From the NCBI RefSeq assembly GCF_006345805.1, contig NC_043010.1, forward strand, positions 39,742,001 to 39,806,000: a stretch of DNA of 64,000 bases. Direction: 5' to 3'. The notes under the pieces are model-generated. The model made no database searches. It saw only the letters and a program-made list of their open reading frames with translations, and was not told the DNA's origin. Source of the stretch: Octopus sinensis. Lineage: Eukaryota. Positions 40,683 through 54,052 of this stretch are shown piece by piece (position 1 is the stretch's first letter; each line of letters opens with the position of its first letter). The translations under genes were made by a program, and so were the position numbers.

Positions 40683-40690
<8 letters not shown>
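40560..40690 (+). mobile_element. PLE-type terminal repeat with the best-preserved hammerhead-like motif, ending in (TA)n
   Basis: CTTT-CTGTAGA-AGAGC-ATAG-GCTC-GAAAC-GTA-AAA; its 3' part recurs at 59985-60062. Confidence 0.68.
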
Positions 40691-40717
<27 letters not shown>

Positions 40718-40841
40718 TACATGGACACATACATACATACGTACATGCATACATACGCATACGCACAAACTCACAAACACACACATACACACACACGAGA
40801 GAAAGAGAGAGGTTGTTGTTTCACTTTCCGCCTATCAAATA

Positions 40842-40982
40842 CACTTACAAGGATTTGGATAGCCCGGGGTTTATATTCCAAGGCATTAGCTCAAAGTGCC
40901 AAGGTGCCATGTAGTAGGGCTGAACCCGAATTTATTTAATTTGGGAGGAAACATCTTACCACACGGCCACTACTGCGCCTAT
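40842..40982 (-). mobile_element. SINE group A head half
   Basis: acaaggatttgg...caaggtgccatgtagtagggctgaaccc...cttaccacacggccactactgcgcct. Confidence 0.85.
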
Positions 40983-41738
40983 AAACGATTTATAGTTAGC
41001 AATTTAAACATTTCTCATTGTAAATATTTATTGTTGGTAATTTATATATTTTAACACATTAATACTTTATGCTAAATACAAATAATTTGTGTTAAATCTA
41101 CATCTTCTCGTTGAGTATTTAGGCTGGCAACATCCCCGTTTCATTTTTCAGATGCGTAAATGTCGGGTACATTAATTATCATGTTATAGAATATTAGACG
41201 TTTACAGAGACAGAGGCGTCCAGAATTTGCTTATACATACACATCTAAATTTTTCTGATAAATGTGTAGATATATCATAACAGACTTTTGTCACTGATAT
41301 GTTTTCTTGCGGCATTTATGATTTATAAAACATATATTTCATAAATAACAACTGCATGTATCCATGTATCGTATGGATTCAGTTACATGCTATTCAGTAA
41401 TATATAAACATTTATAAATTCATATAATTACAGCTGAAATTTGTTTAAGGGCCAAAAGCAAAGCATTCGTATATGGCTTCGGTTTCGTGATTTACGAGAA
41501 ACGTAAAATAAACAATGGTTCATGCTCTGCAACAAGGTCATTAAATAAGAAAGTAGATATTTGGTTATACACTTATAAGTCCCCGTAAATATATATATAT
41601 ATCTGTATTATTTATGCACCACATGCATACATAAACGCGTATGTACATATTATATACATATATATATATTCACACACATACATGTATGTACGTACGCAAA
41701 TAGTGAGGAAGAGCGATAAATGAATGAATATGTACATA

Positions 41739-41799
<61 letters not shown>

Positions 41800-42385
41800 A
41801 TGTGTGTGTGAGTGTGTGTGTATGTGCGTGTGTGTGTGTATGTATGTGTGTGTGTGTGTGTGTATGTATGTATAAAGTGAGAGATCAGGAGAGATAGTGA
41901 GAGTGTAAGAGAGAGAGAGAGATGTACTTGGCAGAGAGATAAACCAATTGGGTATAGGTTTATGAATCACTGTATATATTTTTAAAGGTATGTTCTATGG
42001 TATAAGCACTACATACAGGTGTATATACATGCGTATAGGTATATGTATGTATGTTCGTATGTAAGTATCTGTATTCATGTATGTTCATATGTATGTATAT
42101 ATTTGTATATACGTATATGTAAATATATATAGTCATATATATGAATATGCATATACATATTTTGCCAAATGCATATGAATATATATTTACATATATGTAT
42201 AGACGCTTCACCTACACACACATATACATACATATATCTATATGCTTCCACATGTACATAGAGAGCGTTCGATAAACAGACATATAGAAGTGTGCCGAGG
42301 GAGATGTATCTATCTATTTTTCCTCTCGTTCTCTCTCTTTCTTTCTTTCTGTCTCTCTCTTTCTCTCTCCCTAAAAATATAAATA

Positions 42386-42430
<45 letters not shown>

Positions 42431-42547
42431 TTATATGTTACATACGGATATATATGTCTGTACATATGTATATATAAGTATATGTGTGTGTGTATGTATA
42501 TATATATAAGTATATATGTAGATACAGAAACACATAGATAGAGAGAC

Positions 42548-42586
<39 letters not shown>

Positions 42587-42916
42587 AAATAAAAGTAAGA
42601 TTACGTGCTAACAGAGGCAGTGTTGTGTGAAGGACTCCTGAAACGAAAGTTAACTAAATCTAAGCAATCTTCGTCTTCACCTTTCACTTTTCTCAAAGTT
42701 AACGTACTTGACTAGAATATGCTTTTAAAGCGAACCACTCGGAAAACGATCAAAATTCACTTTAATTCTCCATTTACGCTACACCAATTTCTTGTTTAAG
42801 GTTTCACATATAAAAGCTTCTCTGAATGACAAACGATACACTTCGCCCCACTAAGCTGCCTCCCTGCATTCACGGATTCTTTAACAATTTAAAGATGCAT
42901 TTCTCAAAAAGTGAAT

Positions 42917-42967
<51 letters not shown>

Positions 42968-43097
42968 AATGCATAAGATATATGCATATATAGACATATT
43001 TAATACATCCCTCTCATACTTTCTCCCTTTCTCTCTCACTCTCTCTCTCTCTCTTTATATATATATACATATATATGTATGTATATATTATTATTTT

Positions 43098-43492
43098 ATT
43101 CGTTTACTTGCTTCAGTCATTTCACTTCGACCATGCTGGAGCAGTACCTTTGGTCGAACAAATCCACCTCGGGACTAACTCTTTGTAAGCCTAGTACTTA
43201 TTATATCGGTCTCTTAGACCAGACTGCTTGATACGGGGATGTAAACAGACCAGCATCGGTTGTCAAACGATGGTGGGGGAAAAGCACAGACACACGAGCA
43301 TATATTCAAACGCACACACACACGCATATACACACACATATACATACACGACGGGCCTCTTTCTGTTTCCGTCTACCAAATCAACTCACAAGGTTTTGGT
43401 CGGCTCGAGGCTATAGTGGAAGACATCCAAGATGGGGCTAAGCCATGCAGTTGGTAAAGCAACTACTTACCACACAGTGACACCTGCGCCTA
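43098..43492 (-). mobile_element. Full-length SINE group A (about 395 bp, internal CA/TA microsatellite)
   Basis: Tail, spacer and head are all present and colinear; used as the in-window reference. Confidence 0.95.
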
Positions 43493-43502
43493 TACATACA
43501 TA

Positions 43503-43560
<58 letters not shown>

Positions 43561-43888
43561 TGTAAGTGTCTTTCTTTTTCTCTTTCGATCTCACAACAAC
43601 ACTCTTCTCACTGTTCCAAACCCTACCTGCAATTTAACAATTAAGTATTTCAGGTATTGATTTACCACTTTTGACTTGTATTGAAATTACCTGCCTTTAT
43701 TAAAACGCCATTTCTCTTTTTGTTTTCTTCACTCAATGTCATCAAGTGCTTTCAACCTATGTACGTCATGTGGATTACTTCAAAGTAACACAATAGCTCA
43801 CAGGTATGCGAAAGCTTACATCAAACTTAAAAACAGGTAGTACACATGATTCTACTATTTATATCCAGCTGTACGTAATCTTGTATGT

Positions 43889-44159
43889 CAATGCTTTTCA
43901 AACTATCTTTTGTGGCGTACCGGCAGCTTTTGTTTCTCCAATGTGCCAGGGACCGGTAATATTTCTTAGTAATATTAATTTATACCGAGAACAATATATA
44001 TAATGAATATAATAAAAATTAGCAATTCTTCTAAACTTTAATATCTATTTTGTATACAAACAATACTATATTACATAAGCATTTTATAAGCTTTTTATAA
44101 TGTTTCTTTCTTTTCTGAAATCTCACCGCGTACCGGCAGCGGTCCGGGGATCACCACTG
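43889..44159. mobile_element. hAT (Charlie/Buster-like) MITE
   Basis: Ends CAATGCTTTTCAAAC / ...ACCACTG; flanks ttgtatgt and ttgtaaat (6/8 match, NTNTANAN-like TSD); gcgtaccggcagc subterminal at both ends. Confidence 0.6.
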
Positions 44160-45549
44160 TTGTAAATGTTTATGAATATAAATATCTAAATATATGTAAA
44201 AGTCAGGGGGAAAAGCCGATATTCATTTACTCAAGACGCGTTAATGATTTAGTCAGCATTTTATTATTAGTATTATTATATTTAAGACAAGTTTTTTCTT
44301 CAGAATCTATTTTTCAAAAGAATTTATATATTTTTCCCTGTAAGTAGTTCAGCTCCTAGTTTAAACCCTTCTTCAATTTGTTTTAGTGTATGTAGTTTTC
44401 ACTGTATGTGGTCCAATTCTGTGTTAGAGTTCCATTTCTATCAGCCATTGTTTTCTTCAGAATCTTTTTGCAATCGAATTTATATACTTTTCATTGTGTG
44501 TAGTTCAGTGTGTGCTAGTCTTGTCTGCTACTGCGTGTAGTTCGACTTCTCGTCGCCATTGATATAACAACACCGTTATAGAATGGGAGGTATCCTCGTC
44601 ACCACTGATATGTCCCGCATTATGACAAAGTAACTTCGCCGTCTGCGTGACTGGACCGAAGACCGCACCTCGCTGACTGATACGACGTGTTGTGTTTGTC
44701 CATTATTTATCAGTAGTGGAACATCCCACTTCTCACTTGGATGTGTTCGCCACAAAAACTTCAAACATAAAGGATACAAACATTTCCTTTACATATTCAC
44801 ATCAATAATGGAAAATATTTATATAGTTTCTTTTGTCATATCTGTGGCAGAAATAATTTAGAAAATAATGCATACCTTGTGAAGTCCACTATAATTACAG
44901 AGTAGGAAATTGTGGGGTTCAGGATAAAAGTATTGGTGACCTATTTACTTCCACTTAGAATGCTTTATGTAGAATGTAGACTTCAACCATTTAGAGTCAA
45001 ATCCATTGGGATCTGTCAACTGCATTCTAGTTAATGGTGATAAATCAATTAACGTCAGACAATCTACTAAACTCCCAAGGTACTGCCACCATTTATCTAG
45101 CTTTATCTACAGAAACGGGAAGAGCGTAGGGTTAGTAGTAAGGGAATGCCTTATGGGGATGTGTGATAATTGTAAGAAAGAAAGATTCCTGAATTTAAGT
45201 ACCTAATTCGACGGAATTTTAATTATATTTTATATATATATATATTTATATATATATATATATATTATATAATATATATATATATAGGGAGATAAATAAA
45301 AATATATGCATACATACAACATATATGTACGTACCTACATCTACATGTATATATACATATATATAAATAATTATACGGAAGTACAGGACATCACAATAAG
45401 ACGTAGAAACGGAAAAAGCCAAAAAACAAAAAACAAGAAAACGGAAAACGAAAAACAAATACAGACGAGCTACACAAGGACAAAACCCCCGTCATAGCTG
45501 TCGCTAGAGGAGTCAGGCATGTTTCGAAGGCATACATATATATATAGCC

Positions 45550-45796
45550 GAAGGATTGAAGTTAATGAACGGACATACTAAGTATGTCTACTGGCTAGAA
45601 ATAACAGCCAAAACACTTAGTTAGATCGTTAAATACTTGAATGCATGCCGAAAGATCGTCTTAGCACGCTTTCCTTCAGACTTTTGGATTTCTGTAGTTA
45701 TTATCAGTGTATTTTGGCGATTTAAATGAGAGTTTTGGCTATTATTTCCAGCAGGTAGACATACTTAGTATGTCCTTTCATTAATTTGAATCCTTC
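45550..45796. mobile_element. MITE with about 65-bp terminal inverted repeats
   Basis: gaaggattgaagttaatgaacggacatactaagtatgtctactggctagaaataacagccaaaac versus the reverse complement of 45731-45796; few mismatches. Confidence 0.85.
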
Positions 45797-45938
45797 AGGT
45801 ATTTAATTGAGGGGGTGGGGGCAGCAATCGCCTTTATTATTGATTCTGTTATTATCATTTTTAAATCGTTACACAAGGTAATAACAGAGTCAGTGGTATC
45901 TTCGCAAATTATTTTTTTGTGAATTATTTGCTTCGTAT

Positions 45939-45988
<50 letters not shown>

Positions 45989-46104
45989 ACATAAATACAC
46001 AGACACACACATATATATATATATATACATACATATGTATATATATATATACACACGCGCGCGCAGAAACACATATACACACACACACACACATATATAT
46101 ATTC

Positions 46105-46603
46105 ACATCATGGAGCGATTGTATCCGGAGAATGTGAATCAGTTATCAATATCCTTTATTCGCTGAGACCAAGCGTTTTAAGGTTTTTGTGCACATCAGC
46201 TGTTACGTAGCTTCATGACCCGATGAAAATAGAAGCGAATGAAAAAGAAAACTACAGCCTAGGTATAAAAGCTGTAGGTTTTTATTGATTTTTGAAAGAT
46301 GCTTTACTATTTCCAAAATTTGGAAGGAAAGTTCATATTCGTTGGGCAGCAGATCTCTAAGACAATGCATAATTTTAGCCCAGTTCCACACAGCTATTTC
46401 AAGCCTTTTCTACCTACAGCAGGCTGCTGTGTATATTAGAGTGTTCCACAAGTTTGTTTAGTCTTAAAGAGGTGGAGTATCTCTGGGTGTTTGAACAATA
46501 CTTCTGTGTCGTATTATAAATCCGTTAGCGAAAAGTTCCCGTTCCTTGACACATAATATGTTGCAGAAATTTCTGTGTATCAACTGGTGACATGGATTAT
46601 ATC

Positions 46604-46634
<31 letters not shown>

Positions 46635-46960
46635 ATATATATCTTTTATATGTGGCATAAATGACACATTTTATCACAGCATGGAATTTTAGAGGCGTTC
46701 GCATCCGTTTTATTTATCCGGTATTTAGTACATGTCTCCTGTTTATGGATAGCTAAAGCATAACCTTCTGAATGTGGTGTGCTTATTGCATATCTAGGGA
46801 AGTTATAATGTCTGTCAAAGAGTTCTAGTACACTTGGGTCTTCAGTACATGTACTTATGCGTAACATAGTACTTGTGTGATGGGTATTTCGCTTTTGAGT
46901 ATTTGCTCAATTAATTTAGCCTTGTAACACTTGCTTCTCATTGACAGGTTGTTCCCACAG
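46105..46960 (-). pseudogene. RLE-type non-LTR retrotransposon 3' region, split by a (TA)n tract
   Basis: SEGYALAIHKQETCTKYRINK...CDKMCHLC (thumb/CCHC start), CIVLEICCPTNMN, INKNLQLLY and LKTLGLSE across frames; typical RLE C-terminus. Confidence 0.72.
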
Positions 46961-47618
46961 CGGACTTGTTCGGCTTTCCTTTGCTTAATATAAAAATGTT
47001 ATTACTTTTACTGTTGGTCGCACATATAATGTGTATGCATGTGTGTATGCACGTACGTAGGTAGGTAAATACATCTACTGAATTATACACATATAAATAT
47101 GTATATTGTATCTGTATATCTTCCTGATATATGTGTGCATGTGTGAATGTGTGTGTGTGTATGTGTGTGTGAGTGTATTAGAGTCCGGAAGGAGTGGAAT
47201 AATCAGAATATTGCCAATACAATTTCCAACCAGAATTCGAGGCAAACTACACGCTTGAAGTCGAGTTCAAGCGGATAGTGTGGGGGAGGTCTAGTAGATG
47301 TCAGCAGAGGTCCATGAATCGTGCAAGTTTCCCCTGTGTGTGTGCATGTATGTGTGTATGCGTGTGTGTGTGTTTGTGCGTGAGTGCTTCTCCATGCATA
47401 AGTGTGTATATTTCTATATATGCGCACATATTAAGAGGATTACCTTTGTCACGTGCCCAGTATACCAGCTGTTCATGCAACTGAAATTCATCCACATTGA
47501 TTGATACATATGTAATTACATAGATAGATGCAAACATATACACAGAATGACAAACACCCAGAGAAATAAACACACATATATACACAGACACACCTAGTTA
47601 TAATATATATTATATATA

Positions 47619-47662
<44 letters not shown>

Positions 47663-48430
47663 TTATATTATATATATATATACATATATACTCATAGGTC
47701 TATATTCAAGGAAAGGCTATGAGTGAGTGGGAGGCGAAATCACTATATTTTATTCAGAAAAATGAATATTCTGTCAGGCGGAATTTTTAACACAGATTTC
47801 GCTGACCTAAATACAAGATTTGTTTCGATATTCCCCGAAGAAGATTGTGCAAAATTGATCACGAGAGCAATCTTATCTAGAATGCAGAGTGAATCAATCC
47901 TTCGAGGTATTTTCTCCGACGTTGTAACGTTTTTGCCAATCCACCATTCTTAAACACAATGGCATTGACATAGATATCAGCGTGAAGATTTCCTATAAAT
48001 TATTGATGTTGTCATTATAATTGTTGTTGAAATACTGTTTAAGCACAAATTTGATTCAACTAAACCTTCATCACGGTCATTCACACTTGGCTTTCTCTTC
48101 GATTTACTTCCCTTGACACAAATCAGACAACACTGTGGCTTTTATTGTGCTGTATCTTTTTGTATTTTAGTTGTGTTCATCTATCTTTTCTTTGTACTAT
48201 TGAGTTAGGTAAAAAAATGTATCCATAATTCCATGTAATCCCACGGAAATTAAGATGTTTGTTTAACCTGGATTCTTAGTACTTTTATGATTTTACACTC
48301 CCAAATGTCTTTCCAATATGGTACTTCTGGCCATACTAGCAAGAATGTTATGGAGACATAATAAACGATGTTCTGCATGTTAGCTGAAACCGAAATGTTA
48401 TTTTTGACTTAGATCACTCAGGTTTCTGAA

Positions 48431-48486
48431 ATGGACAACATGAAACTAATGGACAACATGAAACTATATTGGACAGCATGAAACTA
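48431..48486. repeat. 18-bp minisatellite, three copies (atggacaacatgaaacta)
   Basis: Two exact copies and one variant. Confidence 0.9.
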
Positions 48487-49063
48487 TAAGCGAATTAATG
48501 AGTTTTTCATCTTGTCTTCCCGGGTGTTTCAATTCTTCCCCGGTTATACATGTTATGTTGAAAACCGGTACGGCAATACATAAAATGTGAGTATTGAATG
48601 ACTTAATTTCATGTTCTAATTGCAAATCGACCCGGGTAGAATTGTAGTGTTTCTGCCTCGAATAGATAAAACAAGGTAGAGATGTTGTTACCGCTCACAC
48701 ACTGATCAATCAGCAGATTAGTAAAGATTTGAGAACGAGTGATGCAATTCTACTTTTACGGAATTTGGTCCGATTCCCGTCGAACTCAAATTTCGTTACG
48801 CAACTTCCATGTCTTAGTACTGTGGTTGTGATAATTCGTCGGTATTTTGGGATACTATTTACATGATTTTACACTCGAGTGCGTTAACACCATCACCTAA
48901 TCTGTTTCTGGACACCATTAGAAAAAAAAACATGTGAACTACTCTTCCCTTCTTGGTTAACTTTCTTTTTTTATTTTCAGGTGATGTATTCAGGACAATA
49001 TTATCCAAAGTATTCTTCCTCTTTTTCAGATTTCACATCATGCTTATTGTCATTAAACTGAAG

Positions 49064-49450
49064 TGGATTCGCTATGGCCCAGTGGTTAGGGCAGCGGACT
49101 CGCGGTCGTAGGATCGCAGTTTCGATTCCCAGACCAGGTGTTGCGAGTGTTTACTGAGCAAAAACACCTAAAGCTCTACGAGGCTTCGGCAGGGTGGGTG
49201 GGTGAACCCTGCTGTACTCTTTCACCACACCTTTCTCTCACTCTTTCTTCGTGGTTCTGTCGTACCTCTATTTCAAAGGGGCCAGCCTTGTCACACTCTG
49301 TGTCACGCTAAATCTCCCGAGAACTACATTAAGGGTACACGTGTCTGTCACGTTCTCAGCCACTTGCACGTTAAATTCACGAGTAGGCTGTTCTCTTGAT
49401 CAGATCAACTGGGACCCTCATCGTCGTCGTAACCGACGGAGTACCACAAC
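49064..49450 (+). mobile_element. Full-length SINE group C, tail type 1 (about 387 bp)
   Basis: A-box tggcccagtggtt, B-box gtttcgattcc, tail gggccagccttgtcacac...cgtaaccgacggagtaccac. Confidence 0.93.
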
Positions 49451-50185
49451 TATTACTGAAAGGTCGAGGTTTCCTCATTGAATCAGTTCAGTTTTAGTAA
49501 TGTATCTAAGTACTCTCAGTCGACTATAAAATGTCGGAAATATTACTTTACGCATTTCTTTATAATACTAAATTTAATTATAATGTTAAAAAGGTTCAAT
49601 ATTAATTATTATTACACAAAGAGAACCTTTCATCTAAACAACACCAAGAGTCTTCAAAATATTTTGTACTAATATAATAATGAATTAATCAATCCCAAAC
49701 TAACGAATTAATCAAATGTATAATAATTAATTTAGGAGACATAATTTAATTCATTTCTGGCCACGTATCAGACTAAGGTTTTATATTCTGAATATATTTC
49801 TAACACAGATGCCGGTGGAGGTCACATCACCGTGTAATTTTACTTGTTTGATGATATCAAATATTTTGACATAGTGTGGGTTATAGCCACACGGTGCAAT
49901 ACCAGAATAGGTGACTCTTTGTTTAAACGTAACATACTTTCCACTACATTCGAAAACATGAATATAAAGTAGCAATATTGTGCAGCCTACCCGGGGCTCA
50001 ATAGTCCACGCTTCGCTACTAACAAATATCACACGATTACTGTAGCTTCTTCTTGTGATTGCTCATTTAACTCATATTTTGCGAATGAGTGCCTATTGCC
50101 TAAAAATATATATATTTCGGCAATATAATCCAAAACTGAAATCCATGGTTTAATGTGGTACGTACACACACACACGTACAACTAC

Positions 50186-50223
<38 letters not shown>

Positions 50224-50474
50224 TTTATAATTACAGAAACAGATAGGTCAACCATTCAATACACAAGCAAAAAAAAAAAGAACATAGAAGCCCTCGCATG
50301 CACAGAGACCGCTTTAAGTAACATAAGAGTATGTCAAAAGCAATAAGAATTCCAAATAGAATATTAGAATTTTTCCTTCCCTTTTCAAATCACATTTTTC
50401 ATCATATTTATTGATAAAGTCAGAGTGGCTCCTAACTTTCGGAGCAGCAATATCCTGCATGTTCTTTTATACTT

Positions 50475-50518
50475 ATCATCATCATAATCATCATCACCAT
50501 CATCATCATCATCATCAT

Positions 50519-50560
<42 letters not shown>

Positions 50561-50589
50561 TATCCTCATTATTATTATTATTACCATCG

Positions 50590-50629
<40 letters not shown>

Positions 50630-50815
50630 TATTATATTATTATATTATTATATTATTATTATTTTTATTATTATTATTTTTATTATTATTTTTATTATTA
50701 TTATTATTATTATTATATTATCATCATCATCATTATCATATTATTATTATTATTATATATTATTATTATTATCATCATCATTATCATATTATTATTATTA
50801 TCATCATCATCATCA

Positions 50816-50859
<44 letters not shown>

Positions 50860-50867
50860 TATTATTA

Positions 50868-50931
<64 letters not shown>

Positions 50932-50947
50932 TATTATTATTATTATT
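50475..50947. repeat. Compound (CAT)n/(TAT)n microsatellite
   Basis: Visible; the 186-aa poly-H/Y/I/L ORF is an artefact. Confidence 0.97.
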
Positions 50948-51274
50948 GCTTCTGAAACAGATGACGATTGACCATGCAGAAAAAAGCGTTAAATTGGTTA
51001 ACTGCACATCCCACATTGCCGGATGTTAATATTTCTCTCTTTTAATAAATTCGTAGTTCCCTTGCTCTTACGGCGTTTCAGGAAACACACAAACGCAGAG
51101 ATGCTCACGGGCAGTCACAGCTGCACATTTAATAAAGCGCTTCAACGTACACACAGACACAAAAACCCACAAATAATAAAACGGATAACTGTCCTGTTCA
51201 ATCTCAATGTAAGGTGTTCGAGAAATATAATATCTCCAAACACACACCGATATACACGCGCATGAACGTTCCAT

Positions 51275-51904
51275 CTTATTTCTTTATTGCCCACAAGGCG
51301 CTAAACACAGAGATGACAAACAAGGGCAGACAAAGGGATTAAGTCGATTACATCGACCCCAGAAGGATGAAAGGCAAAGTCGACCTCGGCGGAATTTGAA
51401 CTCAGAACGTAGCAGCAGACGAAATACCTATTTCTTTACTACCCACAAGGGGCTAAACACAGAGAGGGCAAACAAGGACAGACAAAGAGATTAAGTCGAT
51501 TATAACGAACCCAGTGCGTAACTGGCACTTATTTAATCGACCCCCAAAGGATGAATTTGAACTCAGAACGTAGCGGCAGACGAAACACCGCTAAGTATTT
51601 CGCCCGGCGGGCTAACGATTCTGCCAGCTCGCTAGCTTAGTAAATCCATAATATTATCATCGTTTCCTTTTATTGAATCGAATCTTTATTACCCACAAGG
51701 GCTAAACACAGAGCGGACAAACAAGGACAGACATAGGTATTAAGTTGATTACATCGACCCCAGTGCATAACTGGTACTTAATTTATCGACCCCGAAAGGA
51801 TGAAAGGCAAAGTCGACCTCGGCGGAATTTGAACTCACAACGTAACGCAGACGAAATACCGCTAAGTATTTCGCCCGGCGTGCTAACGTTTCTAACAAAT
51901 CGCC
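51275..51904 (-). mobile_element. SINE-B cluster: dimer 51275-51638 plus monomer 51683-51904
   Basis: Three copies of the kacaaacaagg...ttaagtcgatta...gaactcagaacgt body; junction at 51428/51429. Confidence 0.93.
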
Positions 51905-52432
51905 GGATAACGTTCCATAACGTTCCATCCATCATACAAATACCTATAAATATTCACAATACATTTATTTTACCGGTGTCTTGTATTTCCTGGATAGTGA
52001 CTCTTAAGGAATAATTCAGCAAATCCCCTTCATTAATATCTGCGTTGTTAATGGCTTTCAGTAAGTCAGACAGCGATATTGCATTAAGGCAGGATAATAT
52101 CTGAAATGCTACGATAAAATACAGGTGATATGATTCTGATTGATGACAACTTCTTAGAGATGAACATAATACAGCGTGCTCTAGTACTAAGATCCAACAT
52201 AAATGGACCTATAAAACTAGCGGTGATTATGCAACTAGAGAAGTAGCAATATTGACACTATCACACATATTAAAAATTAGACGCTAAGTTACTGTCATAG
52301 GAACCTGTGTAAAAAACAAAAAAAGACTTATTTTATGGCGCCTATAATTCATCATTAGAATTTTAGGATTTTTGTAAAGGAATCCTTAAAATTCGATTCG
52401 AAATGGAAACGATGATAATATTATGGATTTAC

Positions 52433-53400
52433 TAAGGTAGCGAGCTGGCAGAATCGTTAGCACGCCGGGCGAAATGAATTGCGGTATTTCGTCTGCCGTT
52501 ACGTTCTGAGTTCAAGTTCCGCTGAGGTCGACTTTGCCTTTTATCCTTTCAGGGTCGATTAAATAAGTACCAGTTACGCACTGGCGTCGATATAATTGAC
52601 TTAATCCGTTTGTCTGTTCTTCTTTGTCCTCTCTGTGTTTAGCCCCTTGTGGGCAATAAAGAAATAGGTATTTCGTCTGCCGTTATGTTTTGAGTTCAAA
52701 TTCTGCCGAGGTCGACTTTGCCGTTCGTCCTTCCGAGATCGATAAATTGAGTACCAGTTACGTACTGGGGGTCGATATAATCGACTTAATACTTTTGTCT
52801 GTACTTCTTTGACCCCTCTATGTTTAGCCCCTTGTGGGTAATAAAGGAATAAGAAACGTTAGCTCGCCGGGCGAAATGCTTAGCAGTATTTCGTATGCCG
52901 TTACGTTCTAAGTTCAAATTCCGCCGAGGTCGACTTTGCCTTTCATCCTTTCGGGGTCGATTAAATAAGTACCAGTTACGCACTGGGGTCGATATAATCG
53001 ACTTAATCCGTTTTTCTATCCTTGTTTGTCCCGTCTATGTTTAGCACATTGTAGGCAGTAAAGAAATAGGTATTTTGTCTTTCGTTACATTCTGAGTTCA
53101 AATTCCGCCAAAGTTGAATTTTCTTTTCATCCTTTCGAGGTCGATAAATTAAGTACCAGGTAAGTTCTGGGGTCGATGTACTCGACTTTTCCCCTCCCCT
53201 AAATTTCAGGCCTTGTGCCTATAGTAGGAAAGAACCAGGCAAAATGCTTACCGATATTTCGTCCAAGTGGAAATTCCGTCGAGGTCCACTTTATCTTATA
53301 TCCTTTCAGGGTCGATAAAATATGTACCAGTTCAGCACTAGGGTTGAGATAATCAACTTACCCCTCCCTCAGACTTGCTAGCCTTGTGACAAAATTAAAA
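52433..53400 (+). mobile_element. Head-to-tail array of five SINE-B units
   Basis: Units start at about 52433, 52667, 52852, 53069 and 53236, each with a version of the gtcgactttgcctttcatcc...gtaccag core. Confidence 0.94.
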
Positions 53401-53714
53401 ACTGCCCTTACGAATTGACCAGTAACCACCATACATCATTCACTATTTCTGATCTGAGAAGGAACGTTTTACTAAAACATGGACAAAACTATCGTTTGCA
53501 TACGCATATTGTCAAATTTCCTACAAAACTCATCTTTACTCTTTCTGTGCGAGGTTTCGTGTATATGAATATAAGGTTGAATTCATCGTTCTTGTATGAG
53601 AGGGAATCCATTATATCCTATATTTCTGACATGAAGTTTATCCTCATTGATGCATATCAAGTGGTTGGATTGACAAACAATAAATTCCAGATTCCCTGCC
53701 ATTCCCTTTTATTT

Positions 53715-54052
53715 ATGCGCCCTTTTCAAGCGTAGCCAGGCTCATGGGCCAGGTTTCCCGATTTCTATGGCGTATTTATCCCCCCTCTCCCTAGCTGAAC
53801 GGTAAGCTAGTCCATCGCAGCGTTACTCAGGAAACAGAAAGATAGAGTGAGAGAAAGTTGGGGCGCAAAACGTACAACAGGGGTCGCCACCACCCTTTCT
53901 GGAGCCTCTTGGAGCTGTAGGTGTTTTCGCTCAATAAACACACAACATCCAGTCTGGGAATCGAAACCGCGATCCTCCGACCGCGAGTCCGCTGCCACTG
54001 GGCCATTGCGCCTCAACTGGGCCATTGGGCCTAACCACTGGGCCATTGCGCC
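53715..54052 (-). mobile_element. SINE group C with a third tail type and triplicated 5' end
   Basis: Shared C head; 3' module gctgcgatggactagcttaccgttcagc (V-domain-like by recall); ctgggccattg repeated three times at 53995-54052. Confidence 0.85.

Noticed and set aside
46200-46560. Plus-strand PLE RT echo (KFPFLDT)
   Set aside because: The minus-strand RLE LINE reading explains the region better and is colinear with 46648-46960.
48431-48486. CRISPR-like or other functional array
   Set aside because: Three adjacent 18-bp units without spacers in eukaryotic DNA; an ordinary minisatellite.
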